DNA of 62,036 bases, counting the filler, from Choristocarpus tenellus KU-1152 (taxonomy: Eukaryota; Protista; Phaeophyceae): NCBI GenBank assembly GCA_964200185.2. It is 9 parts of 9 records of this genome, joined end to end, with 100 filler letters (N's around TTAATTAATTAA, not from the genome) between each part and the next. Parts side by side here need not be neighbours in the genome. Positions count along the whole stretch, not along the records: positions 22,646 to 39,147 come from CAXNAD020000817.1; positions 39,248 to 45,762 come from CAXNAD020007967.1; 7 more parts are not named here. One strand, 5' to 3'. The notes under the pieces were generated by a model. The model was not told the origin of the DNA and made no database searches. It saw only the letters and a list, made by a program, of their open reading frames with translations. Below, piece after piece: positions 27,701-40,826 of this stretch; within the stretch, counting starts at the first letter, position 1, and the number at the start of each line of letters is the position of its first letter. The position numbers and the translations under genes are program-made.

Positions 27701-28465
27701 TTGTCCCCAATGCATAAGCCATGTGGAATGAGAGTGTTGGTAAGGGGTGTGGCCACTTGGTTTTGGGATTTGTTATGGGAACAAAAAAAGGTATATCTAA
27801 CTTCGTAATTACTTTGGATTTGCTTGCTGCACACTGTACCTGGGTACAGGGATAAATGTTTGCCAGCCCAAACATGGCAGTAAACCATACCTCTCAGTTG
27901 TACCCAACGCGACTGGAAATTACCACTGTAGGTGTTGCGATCTTAATCTTGGACTAAACTACCATCTGATCTGGGAACTTGGTTCGATTAGAACGAAGAA
28001 CGAGATACGCTGCACTCTATCTAGAAGATCGTGAAAGCGTGTCCAAGTCACCCATAGCTATAGCTTACGCGAAACCTTGCCTTGGATCCTGCTTCCGTGA
28101 ATTTCAATCTCACAGAAGCTCGTCCCGGGTCTAGAAGTAAATGTGAGATGAGCTTATGTAACCTTGAACCTCACAGTTTGATGATGATGGGGACAGCCTT
28201 GAAGTTCACGACCGTTTCTTTTCGACCCAAACTGCCAAAAGTTGGTATCACAAAATGCAATTTGTTCCCCATTTTCCTTTGCAGCGTCATCCCTCAACAC
28301 CTTTCCCTCAGGTTATAGTCGAAGAAATTGCAGTGTACCTTCAGCATTCCTATTTCGACCACCAAAGTAGGCATTGCTGATGCCCAATTGTGGACGCTTG
28401 AGTGTCGAGACTGAGCAAGTGACCCCTTCACTTCAGCCCTGTTATTGCCCTTGACCCGCAACACG

Positions 28466-31400
28466 ATGTCTGTATTTTCTCCCAACAGCGCAGGGCTAGA
28501 GAAAGTACACATTCAGGAGGCTGCGATCATGGCTGATGAGATCTATTACCCCCAGTTGTTGGGCGAACCCACGCTTACCGATAAGACAAACCTTGGCGAT
28601 GGTTTCTCCATCCAAATCGATGGAGAAGTACAGAAGGCATTAATCTTTGATGCTGATGCTACTTTTCATGAGGAGAACCAGGTAAAATCAGAGGGAAAAT
28701 ATAGCTTTATCAGGGATTCTACGGATATGAGTGAAGCCTTGGACATCGGCGGAACAGCTTCACTCAAGTATAAATTCTTGTCTGGTGGTGGATCAGTGGA
28801 CTTTGACAAGGATATAGCTTCCGAGGAAAATACTGTCAACATTTTCTACCGGAAAAACGTCACCCTCAAAACTTTAGCAGGTAATGTTACGGTCGAAAAT
28901 GAGATTGTCGTGGAAGTGTTAAGTGGATGATGTGGTCTTCCTTGGGTCACCTTGCATACCATTTCGATTATGCTTGTCGCTGCTTCATGATGTGACTGGT
29001 GTTCTTCTGCTGACAAGCCCACCATCAAATAATCTGGTTCAGGTTCAGCATTCTGCCTAAGAATGTATATCCTCAGTGGTTTCCTCTCCCAGTTTATCGA
29101 TTCGTTCTGCATCTCTCTATTCTCAAATCGAACCATCCTGCACCTTTGTAATGACAAACTGCCCAAGTAGGCACACCAGCACGAAATTAACGTATTCCCG
29201 CAACACTCCGTCACGATGGATCCCATCTTTTCTTCACTATACTCATGAAAGTGCCTGAAAATGAGGTGGGGGTGATTGCAAATCCCAGGATCGTAGGGAA
29301 GGGTGCCAAGGATATCCTGAAGCTCTTGGGGAGCCATTACATATCTAAGGTGCTTTATGGAGCAGCGCTTGAGATAGACTTTAAGTGGACCGCCAGTGAC
29401 AAAGAGACTGTTGAAAAATTGAAGGCCAGCGGAAACCTCAAACTTGACTTAGCGAACCTGATCAAAGGTGAGGCCGAGATCGAGGTGGATGTGAGTGAGT
29501 CTACAACGGAGAGGAACTCCAGTCTTCAAATCACCACGCGTGTCCTTGGGAACACTGAGGTGGCCAACATGCCCTCCAGTAGCTTTGAGGAGATTGAAAA
29601 GGTTATTGCAGCATTCAAGCCGAAGATTACTGATCCAGATCTTGCGGTGGTCGGCTATCAGGTCCGGCCGCTGCCGTTGACACTCTTCCCAACTCTAGTT
29701 GAGAGTGAGTTCAATGGTCGGAGGTGAGCTACCTGTCCCCTGCTGACTCAAACTGACATGAACAAGCTTGCACTATTAATTGTTGAAGTTGAGTGAAAGT
29801 ATCTTAGAGGGTACGAATCTTTCCCTGCTGTCCAGTTGGCTTGGCTTGGCTTCCCACAGATTTTTGATGACATTTTACCTACTCCAAAATGTTTCAGAGT
29901 AGGTAAAATGTAAATGTTATGAAAAGCTGTGTCCGGAACACGGATAATGACACTTCTTAACAAACACAATAGCCAAAAATACATCAAAATCGCAACATTG
30001 GGTTTTGGCCCCCAAATGGATGCGGCTCTACCCTCTGATACTTTGACTCAGTTGCAACTTGGAAAGTACTGCTCTATATGCGGGGCATTACAAAAATAGT
30101 GTTTCACATTGCCTCCAAATCCTGACACCCGGTTCTATGAATGAGCTGCGATCAGTTTCACTTGCTATTGGGATTCTTGACTTGGAAGTCTGCTCAATTT
30201 ATTTGCTGGGACCTTGTGAACTGTCCTACATAAGGCAGTCGAAAATGTGTCAGTTCTTCAAAGCAATAGTCGCAATTACTAAGTGCAAAACCCACAAATG
30301 TAGCTAATGCGTGCTCTACATCTAACATTCCCTTTCAAAAGAAAATAAGGCTATATATCATGAGTTCAACTCTAGTTTTCCCTCCTCAAGCCCGAGATTG
30401 AGAAATATGTGGGCTGGATTGAAGGGAAGACCAATCCACAATTGCTGACATACCAAACCCTCAGGTATGAAGTGAATGTTAGTGAAGCGGCTGAGATATT
30501 CGACCAGGTGGAATGGTGCAAGAGACTCAGCAAGGGGGTGATCACACGCTTCGAGAAAATGCTCAGCAATCACCCAGCCAGGCCATGGAAGAGCCGGTCA
30601 GTTCATTGTAGATGTTTTGAGTCAAAGTATCTTAGAGGGTAGAACTGTGTCCATTTGGGGGTCAAAATCCAATGTTGCGATTTTGATGTAATTTTGGCTA
30701 TCGTGTTTGTTAGGAGATGTCAATATCCTTGTTCCCGACACACCTTTTCATCACGTATACATTTTACATACTCCGAAATATTTTGGAGTAGGTTGAATGT
30801 CATTAAAAACCCGTGGGAAGCAAAGCCCCAAATGAACAAACAGGGAAAAACTCGTACCCTCTTAGATACTATCACTCTTTTGTTTTTACTTATTGTAGGC
30901 GGAAGTTCTTTGCTTGTCAACGGGAAAAACACTTTGTCCCACTGTTAGTGCAACAAGCAAGGCAAATGGCTTCTTGGCTGCATCCATATCTTTACAGAGG
31001 TGTTGAGGAATGTGTGAAGCCCTACTTGTATCATGTCAAACCCAAGACAATGCAGATCCTCTAAATACAACCAGGTTTATGCAGGCTGCTGAGTCGATTG
31101 TCAAGAGGGCAAGCAAGCTCACCTTGGTTGCGGATTATCTACGGCTCTCACGTGAGGAGATTGTGCAAGAGAGTATTCATGTGGGTAGTAACTGGGGCTA
31201 TAGTTGTAGGTCTAATGGTCTTTATGTAGTGGAATTTCAAAGAATGGAGAAGTTGGAGGAACTGGTCAGGGCGGGCAGGACACTTTTGAAGGGTGTACAA
31301 ACAGTACAGTATTGCCATGCTTTGAAGATTGTTCTTTGAGTACTCAGTGCCATATCCCTAAGCTTCTTCATTTGAGGTGTTATTCCCCACCCTTGTTTTT

Positions 31401-34400
31401 GACACTTTAAGCGCTCAGTTTTTGCTACCTGAAAGCAGGGTAATACATGGAATATACCTCTCTTTAGATTACCAATGAAACTTTCTTCTTTCGAATAAAC
31501 TCTCAGTAATTGCAACCACCTCATTTGTCAACCTCTCCGTGATTAATGTACTCATTGGGCATTAGCCAGTCCCTGACAGTGTTGAGGTAGTGGGGGGCAA
31601 TAGATGTTACAGGAACATACCTGAGGTTGCTGCCGGAGTTTCTGCGGTGTCAGTAAGATTTTATGGATGTTCAAATGCCATGTCTGCCTGTTCTGTATTA
31701 TTTGCTTTGTGGTTTATAAAACCTGATACATGAACCTATGGAACGGTCTCCTTTCTTCATTGCCTGTATCCCTTGATGATAAAGTGTCTGCACATTTACG
31801 TATAAAATATTTCTCTAGGGAAGTAACGTATCACTCTGAATGGTGGCGTGACATTAACGTAGTAAGGACTACATGATACACTAGAAACTGTCCAGTCAAA
31901 TCTCTGTCCTCTCGTATCACCAGGTGACATTGTTGGTCTCTGAAGTTGCGTATGCTCCTGATTCGAGTCCCCAGATATTTTCAAAGTTTTCTTTGATGTT
32001 TATTTTGCATGAAGTCAGGGGGTTTTGTTCCCCATTTTCATGGCAGTATTTTTTACCATGTCAACATATCTCACAGTTGCAGCATACCAATGTATTTGTA
32101 AGATTAGACAAACCTCCTCGGTAAATAACCAACTGTAGAGTGAGAGTAAAACATAGAGTAGAAATGTAGACCCCTGATTTATTCCTTTTCAGGATAATTT
32201 GTTGGGGAGGGAGTTTTGACACAAAGAAGTCAGTCCTTCATATTCTTACATCCAGTATGATACTTGGGAGCATGTATCTACACTACATATGATGAGCAAT
32301 CACATTTTTTTATCTTCTGAACTCAAAGTATTTGACCATGTTGCTTCTTCATGTGAAGCCAGCTCAACTGGTCATCTCCTCCCACCAACATGAAAGTCAC
32401 ACATTCAACATCAATCCTGAACAAATGAACATTTGATAGATATCGGCTCAAAGTATCTGGGGTGGGTGGTGGCTGTCCATTTGGGGTCAATTTTTCATGT
32501 CGCGATTTTTGCGTGATTTGGTTGCATACGTCGGACGGATAATGTAAGTGCACGTTTCCTGGTTATGGCCCAAATGGGCACCCTGGTGTAGACCCCCCTC
32601 CCCCCACAGATACTTTGGGTCATCCTCTTTGCTTTGTGTCATACCCGTGCGATTTACCACATGTTACTGTGTCTACCAATGTCCCGGCACTATGATCTGA
32701 TTGGTTGGTATTGCAATAAAAACTTCCCTGCTAGCTGTATTTCAATAAATTATTTTGCAGTGGTTGAGAGAGGAAACAGAATACGCCCCTGCTTCATCCT
32801 TACCAGAAATGCCATTTTTTAAATCCTTCTCACTCAAGAACTATATCAAGAGTACCCATAATTGGTAACCCCTGGCCCTCCCTATCCTTACTATATGACA
32901 TCCTCTTACACATGTGATAGACATACGTGAAGAGAAGAGATCTTGAGAAGTCAGATTCGGAAAGCATTTTCTTCAACTACTTGCAGAACCTGGTCCGTGA
33001 GGTACGAAAAATGTGCTTGTCACACCATTCCCATCCTTGCAGCTGCTTCAAGTTTTTTTGACAAACGTTATTGGCAAGAAGGACGCCACCAACCTCTCAC
33101 GCATTCTTGATACAATTTTTCGATGGCGAGTTGTAATATTACAGAGCCTTGGTTGGGTCTGTGATTAGACATATCAAATTGATCTGTATCAGCTACCTCT
33201 TGGCAACGTCTGTCATATAAGATGACATGAAACACTTGAAATTGTGATCTCCTAGATGAAGCAATGTTTTCCATGGTGATGTAGGGCGACCATTGCTGCT
33301 TCTCCAGCAAGTTGTAATTCTCCTGTATCATTGTACCTTGCTGCCCAGGTCCATTACCTCACCGGTGTGGGGTCCATTGACATCAATGACGGGGGGTACT
33401 ATGATGGCTACGCTCTGAGGGCAGTGGGTGCTGCCTTTGATAGCGAGCTGATACCAGAATATCATGGCCTACTGGTGAGCATATGAACTCATTTGTGAGC
33501 AGAAGTTGCTTTTCCTTGGAGTTCAATTCCCTGACCTGCTCACACTGAGTTCTGTGATGAGCTTCATACCTGAAGCTTCTTGCGTGTGTGTGTGCGTGTG
33601 TTAGTTTGTTAATGTGTTGTCTTGTACTTTGAAGTATAGTTAGTTAATGAGTGGGTTATGATAAGTCCGTGTATGTTGTGATGAGAGGTTAAAAATCTCA
33701 TCTGTTGGTCATGAGAAAGTTAGCTTCCTGCTTAATAAAGCTGGCAACATTCTCAGCCATGCAATGCAACCAAGACATAACCGTGCAGTCCAAGCATTTT
33801 TGGATGAATCTAATGTTTAACTGACAATTATGAAAATGCTATACCAACAAGAACTATGAAGAGGTATTTCTCTATTTTTTCCTTGAAAATGATAGATTCA
33901 TCTTACCCTGACCTTGGTCATCCCTTCCCCTCCCAACAGGAAGCCACGTTGGACCCTGAAGTATTTACCTTCGAGGGCAAGTTCAATGCAGGAGAGTTTT
34001 CTTCTGGGAGGGTTGTGTACAGAAATGGGGATGTATACGAAGGGGTAAGGATCTATATTCCTAAAGCAGGACTTGTACTAAGAGACCAGACCCCTTGTGT
34101 ATGAGTTCGAAGAATATAATCATATATTTTTGATATTTTTCTCCCAACATTTTCAGTGTGGTCTTGGGGGAAAAGAGGAGACCGTATTTTGATGCAATAT
34201 TGAGTACTGTGTTAGAGTAGAAATGGGTCCAGCACTGCCATTTAGAGAGGTGTGGTGAGGTAGTGTGGGTTGTCTCTGGGCTTGCAGAAACGCATGTGAA
34301 GTACCACTTGTGGCTGGAAAAAGTTCCACACCAGAATTCTGGACAGGTGATGCCACAATAAACTACCATCCATCCACATACCCCATGAAAACTTCACCTT

Positions 34401-37400
34401 TTCAAGTATACAATCACCTACTTGTTCTACACCCTTGTCCATTTGCACATGCTTTGTGTACAACTGGTTTTACAGAGGTTCTTGGCAAAGAAACCCCATG
34501 GAAAGGGAAGAATGGACTACGGAGAAGATCAGGTGCGCAAAATGAGGCGTGTCTATCAGTGGTGTGTTTGGACTTTGTTCCTTGAACTAGGCCATCCTTG
34601 GTAACAGAATGCAATCTTTCGACTAAAATTCTAGAATAGGTTGGATTCGATATTCCGAGGGTTGGTTTTCTGCCTGTAATACGATGTCAACATATGACTC
34701 CCTCCATCCTGACTCTACCCCACAGGAGTATTACATGAGCTATGATGGAAACTGGCATGGGGGTGATTTTAATGGCTTGGGAACACTGGTAAGAGTATGG
34801 GCCTTGGGGTGGCAAGAGGAAATTTGGGATATGTTTGACATCGGGTTTCTTGAAAACTCATGTTTCAGGATTACCTAGTCTTGATGAATGGTGCAATGCT
34901 TCTCTAGGAACTTGTACTTCATCTGTTCCAAGTTTCAGTTTTGCTGCTTCCTGTGACCTTGATCCTAATTGAGGGTAAGGAGAACGGGATTTGAGGACAA
35001 TGGCATTGTTCTTGCCTATGCCAGTGTCTAGATCCACTTAGAGTTAGGTAGGATGTTCAGGTACTGAAATTGGGTTATGCTTAGGGAAACCTCAATCCTA
35101 CTAAATGGTTCTTAGTTACTGAGAGACGTTTGAAGTTGTGCACAAAGTAATGCGAAGGATATGATAGCATTCAACCCCTTGTAAGGTACTCCTGAAATGT
35201 ACCACATATACGGGATGAGTCTGAACGAGATAATGAGGAGTGTGGAACGGATACTTGGTGATCAAACTTCCATGTGTTGGGTAGACTAGGACAGTGTGCT
35301 CGCACATAGACAGTTGTGGGATTGTTGTTCTAATATCATACTCTTCTTGTGTTCCAGGTTAGGTAGTGATTTGGTCCTGACGTCACAAGTGTAGGCATTT
35401 TTCTAGAGTTGTGTGAGTCATGAACCAGGTCATGGTTTTCTGAGTATCTAGTCCGAACTACAATAAAAACGACATGTTGACACTGGGGAGGACAAGTGGG
35501 TGGAATTTTCCCCGGCTACAAGACAACACTTATGTTGATTTCCAGCCTTACAATAGATAGTACCACATAGTACAGAACACGTGATCTAGATTCTTGGGAC
35601 CCTTTTTATGAGATCGAACTATTATTAGGGCATGGCACCAACTTCTCAAAAAGTGTGGACTACGCTTTTTCAAAATATTTTAGTGCTGGATAACTTTGAC
35701 CTGTGCAGGCAATGGGCAATGTTTGCTGCTCATGTTCCACTGAAACGATCAGGGGAGTTTGGGTCCATCATTATTTTTTATGATCATGACACATCCTTCG
35801 TTTGGTCCCCTTGCCAGGTACTCAAGGAAAGGGGAGTCAAGCGTCTTCAGGTGAGGGTACATATTTTCTTTGTCCATTCTGCTACAGTACACTACTCGTC
35901 TGTGTAGCCAATTCCCACTGGTGGTGGGCTTCAACTCCCTCACTCATTCTTCGGATTTTTCTTCTTCTCTGTGCCTTATCCTCTAACCACAGTGTAAGCC
36001 CAAGTAGTAGATGCTACCTTTTTCCCTGAAGCAAAGCTCCGTACTTGTGTACTATTCTTGGGTCGTGTTTACGGCGCCAATTGAATCTAGATTGCACTTA
36101 ACAAAGATATTGTTGCAGGAAATTGTTCTAACCACAAACACATAGGTGTTATCCGAAATCCTTTTTTTCCATAGAAAAATATGGTGTGGGATAAGGAAAT
36201 CGACAACGTACCATCCCAATAAAGCATGGCTGTGGTGCCATAGTCCAAAATAGTGTCTGCAGTGGGTTGCACTATCACGTTTACTGGCCTATTGCATTTC
36301 TTCGCATAAAATACATCAAGGAGTGTTACTGGGTGTCCATCCCTATGCTATCTTCTTAGAGGTGCATGTATCTCGTGGAATATGGAAGAATAGTCTACAA
36401 TCGAGTATGTACCTTCTTCTACGTACATAGAAGAAATCTAGACCAGAATCTGACTTCTGAATCTTGTTTGACTTTGCATGCACAGGGGGGATTCAAATAC
36501 CCTGACTTTGTCCAGCTTTCAGGAGAGTTCCTATCAGGCGACTTCATTGATGGAGAGGTCTTGTACAGGAACGAAGATGTGTACCTGGGGGTGAGAACTA
36601 ACATTATTGCAGTATGGGGGTAGGGTCATAAGCATTTTTCACCTTGACAGCCCAACATACTTGTTTCTAGTTGTACTAATGGTCTGTGTGGTCGACCAAG
36701 AGGAGGAAGTATGAAATGGTTTTGGGTCGTGATTAAATGAAGTGTAGTGTCAGTATCAGGTTCGACTGGGCAGAAAATTGAAGGTGCTGTTTTTGATATG
36801 CTATTTAGAAAAAGTTGATATGAAGCATAGAAGATGGAATGAATTTGCTGATGGTTGTTTCAAGTCTTCAAGATATCATTCCAACATGATATTTTGTGGA
36901 TGATTGTGCAACGTCTTTTGCGGTAATATCTGGAGGTCCTTGCAAGTAATCAAACTGTTGGCGTTGCCCCACCTATTTTATGTGGTGTGTGACTTTCCTT
37001 TATCAAGAACGGTAAATGCAATGATACATTATCACCTTTTCTGAGGAACCAAAAATTACCACATACGAGTGCATGACATATTCCCTTTGACACCAATTCA
37101 GTGCCCACCCTCCCCATCCTAAAGCTTCATATCAGACTCCGGTTCAAGTTCCCCTACCCATTATTGTTTCCATGCTAACACGGAGTTTCCTACTTTAATT
37201 TTCATTAAGGAGTTCTTCAACAAGAAACCACATGGAGAGGGAACAATGATGTACAGAAGTGGAGGCGGGGTGCGTATCTCTCTGCATAGTAAGAGTCCTC
37301 CATGGATGGAGGTTGTTATAGCCTAACCATTGCGCAGCACTTGTATTAATTGGACTACAAACGGCAGCTTCAATATCTCTAAAAAAGTGGGAATCATTGC

Positions 37401-38933
37401 CAGGACTCAACAGGCTGTCAGAAGCTCAAATTCAGATGTTCGTGAATTACCTTGGTCTTTGCCCACAGCACTATTGCCCAAGTAGAGCATTTCAATTAAT
37501 ATTGGAAACATTGGCACTGGAAGAGATTTTCTACTCTTGGTATACAGTTTTGTTCTGATTGTTATTTTATAGATGTGGGCATTACTTGATTAGAAGTACC
37601 AACGCACAGTTTTCCAACGTTGACCCCAACCTGTACATAAGGTGTGGTTCTAAAACCGTGATATCTCTCCATGTTGTCCCACCAGCAGGAATATGTCATA
37701 TACACTGGAGGATGGAACATAGGCCTGTTCAATGGCAACGGCACTCTGGTGAGAAAGGTCATTACACCTTCAAGCACTATGCCCCTTTCATCACAGAGCA
37801 GCACATTTTGGTGCGATGGCTAGACACCGTCCCCTGTCTAGTCTATCGACTCTGGAGTATGGACAGGGAACACAAGCTTCCAATTATCTCAATGATAGTG
37901 TTTAAAATGTGATGGTTGTTGCTGCATCATGGACATTTGTTTGGGGAAGGATCGTTATTCATCACTCTAAAATCTGGTTGTATACTCTTCTTCATGACCT
38001 GCTGCAGTTGAAAAGAACTCAATGCATCTAGGAGATAGCATACAATCCTTGACAATAGTGTGGCGTGTTTGGTTGCTTCTGTTAAATTCGTTGGCATAGC
38101 CTCATATTTTTCTTTACCAGGATTTTAATTTTTGTACGCTATCCCCTCTTCCATGGACTGTACAGGAATGGAAAGAACAAAACGAATTCGTCTCTTTCAA
38201 GGGAACATTTGAGGGTGGCCATTTCGTACATGGAGATGTGGTCTACAGGAATGGAAATATGTACAAAGGGGTGAGGATCAGAAGACTGTAGGAGTAAGAT
38301 AAGCAACCTTTTGCTCCAGAATACTGAGCTATGCTGAAAATATCCCATGTACTGATCAATTGAAGACTTGATTGTTGTGAAGTGAATGGGCCATTGAGAG
38401 TAAGTCTGCTTGGTGGAGATGAGTGGGGTGGATAACACACAATACCAGGAGATGTGATAATGCACGCCTGTGGTTTTAAAAATATTGGGGGCATGAGGGT
38501 AACCTGTGTTTGCTTGCAAACAAAATTGACAGCAGTAAAAGTTCTGTATGCTGCTATGGTGTGTGGTATAGGTTCCGTACAAAAAAGTGTCCCGTGGCTA
38601 AGTTGTGATGTGTGTGGTGCAGAATGCAGCTAACAAACAATGAGTAGAATAGGATGCCATGTGAGTGGATAGTCCAATTCCACTTTGTTGTACCTCATGA
38701 TTGAAGTTTCCTTTCTACAATTTTGAGTCTGAGTCTATATCCTCCCTACAATCCTGGTTTGAGCTCTTCTTACTTCCTCATATATTTTTAGTATGAGGAA
38801 GATCACACTTGCTCTCCTGTGAGACTTGGTCAAACCCACTGTCTTCTCTTTTCTTATGTATGTTACTTTCCAGGACTTTTCTGCAAACATGCCCGATGGA
38901 GAGGGATTGATGATGTACAGCAGTGAGGATGAG
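28466..38933 (+). CDS. MACPF/CDC-like (stonustoxin-type) pore-forming domain plus MORN-repeat protein, ~18 exons; 3' end lost at gap
   Basis: Exons 28466/28530-28880 and 29252-~29723 encode ..YSFIRDSTDMSEALDIGGTASLKYKFLSGGGSVDF...LGSHYISKVLYGAALEIDF...ITTRVLG...PSSSFEEIEKVIAAF...VGYQVRPL, which has the MACPF-type (Y/F)G(T/S)H-x6-GG-like signature. Linker exons lie at 30.4-33.5 kb, and MORN-like exons at 33940-34044, 34476-34532, 34726-34788, 35818-35850, 36486-36590, 37210-37269, 37689-37748, 38166-38270 and 38874-38933. Two linker junction phases are unresolved. Confidence 0.75.
29791..30049. mobile_element. MITE family A (intronic)
   Basis: TIRs present, TSD AGTT. Confidence 0.9.
30619..30877. 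mobile_element. MITE family A (intronic)
   Basis: TIRs present, TSD TTTT. Confidence 0.9.
32445..32621. mobile_element. MITE family B (intronic)
   Basis: GGCTCAAAGTATCT...AGATACTTTGGGTC, TSD ATC. Confidence 0.9.
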
Positions 38934-38987
38934 GTATATATCAATGTGACCTTATATGCCAAAGGCTGTTATTTTCATCCCCACTCA

Positions 38988-39147
38988 GGCTCAAAGTATC
39001 TGGGGGGGGGGGGGGGGTCCATTTGGGGTTCATTCTATCCATGTCGAAATGTTTGGGTGATTTGGTTGCATAAGTCGGATGGATAATGTACGTGCACTTT
39101 TACTGGTTTTGACCCAAATGGACACCCTGGTGTAGACCCCCCACCCC
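38988..39147. mobile_element. MITE family B truncated by gap
   Basis: 5' TIR and body present up to the Ns. Confidence 0.85.
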
Positions 39148-39247
39148 NNNNNNNNNNNNNNNNNNNNNNNNNNNNNNNNNNNNNNNNNNNNTTAATTAAT
39201 TAANNNNNNNNNNNNNNNNNNNNNNNNNNNNNNNNNNNNNNNNNNNN

Positions 39248-39315
39248 CCCATGGGAAGTCAAGCCCCAAATGGACAAACAGGGCAAAACTCGTACCCTCT
39301 AAGATACTTTCACTC
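39248..39315. mobile_element. MITE family A 3' end after gap
   Basis: ...TACCCTCTAAGATACTTTCACTC. Confidence 0.8.
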
Positions 39316-39577
39316 TATTGAAAGCAACATCACCTTTTCGTCTTCCTCCTGATCTACATATTTCCTTTTTCTTCCAGCCAACCCTATTTCCCAAAAGCAT
39401 TTGCTATTGATCGATTATCATGAGCAATAGTTGCCCTCAAGGTCAAAATGGAACCTGCACAGACTTCATGAGCACAAAAGGCTGATGATGTTAATGAAAA
39501 CCAATTGAGACAACTAATCACCTCATGCTACTGTACCACTAACCTTTTCAGACAAGAAAGAATAGCCTTGTTGCTAG

Positions 39578-39653
39578 GATGGAGGGCCCCACTCCACACT
39601 GCAGCTGGCTGGTTGATCGGCTTGTGCTAATGGGATCTTATCCTGATGCTGAG
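39578..39653 (+). CDS. Exon resembling the start of a PTP/dual-specificity phosphatase-like domain
   Basis: ag|G...|gtaata encoding MEGPTPHCSWLVDRLVLMGSYPDAE, compared with GPTxxSNWVIPGxLLAGAYP. No catalytic CX5R exon is visible. Confidence 0.4.
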
Positions 39654-40049
39654 GTAATACCTTGCACTTTGAACTCGGTAGCCCTGGCAATTACCAAGTA
39701 CACTTCAAAAATCTGTTGTCATGATCAACATGTTGTATTGCGCAGTCTTCCTGTTGGTCATGTTCAAAACATCTCAATTTTGCCTTAAGGTACTCAATCC
39801 CAAGGCTCTTCTTTGGGATATAAAATATCCTCCAGTCCATGACCAAAACAATCAAAACACAGACTAAGGCTGTTTACGGGTTGACCATTTGATTTGTCTA
39901 CAATTTCGAGACGTTGAAATAAGATTGTTTGACAGAATATCATTGTCCATAGCCGGAAGACTATCTGGATCTGTGTACTAGCACTCCTATCTGATGGTCC
40001 TTTGCTGAGGGTACTTCCCTGATTCTGTTATGTTTTTCTGTAGTCAGAT

Positions 40050-40053
40050 TGTG

Positions 40054-40097
<44 letters not shown>

Positions 40098-40120
40098 TGT
40101 GCGTGTGCGTGTTGTGTGTG
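40050..40120. repeat. (TG)n/(GCGT)n compound microsatellite
   Basis: Direct observation. Confidence 0.9.
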
Positions 40121-40177
40121 TTTTTGCATTTTTGGGGTAAGTTATATATGTTGGTGGGGTGTGCCTGACCACAGTTA

Positions 40178-40418
40178 GAGCCAAAGTAGCTTAGAGGGTA
40201 GAGCCGCGTCCATTTGGGGACCAATATCCAATGTTGTGATTTTGATGTAATTTTGGATATCAATATCCTTGTTCCAGACACACCTTTTCATAACGTATAC
40301 ATTTTACCTACTCCAAAACATTTTGGAGCAGGAAAATGTCATAAAAAGAGACCATGGGAAGGCAAGCCCCAAATGGACAAAAAGGGGAAAACTTGTACCC
40401 TCAAGAATACTTTCACTC
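40178..40418. mobile_element. MITE family A
   Basis: TIRs present, TSD TTA. Confidence 0.88.
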
Positions 40419-40826
40419 TTACAAGTAGCCACATGTTTGCGACTGAACTGACACAGTTTTCTTTTTATTTTTTTCAGGTGGGTTGCTGACTAACCCGGAA
40501 AGTTTCCACATTTTGCTCACTATGAAGTTGGCAGTCAGCAAAGCGGTATGATGTTATGATTTTTTTCTGTCAACAGCCAGATTAATTCCACATATACCGT
40601 CAACTGTTTCTTCTTAGGTCACAGATCCATACTATCTTAGAGGATCGATGCCAATCCTCTCCTCTGCAACAACAGCAACCTCCTGCGGACGGTTAGCTCA
40701 ATTTCACGCATGGGAAATTGATTGTCAAACGCAGAAAACTTTAAGGTGTAGGTACTCGTAAAGGCCTATATTTCCCCTCTAAGATAGGATAGTTGATGCT
40801 GCATCGCCAATTACACCAATACCATA

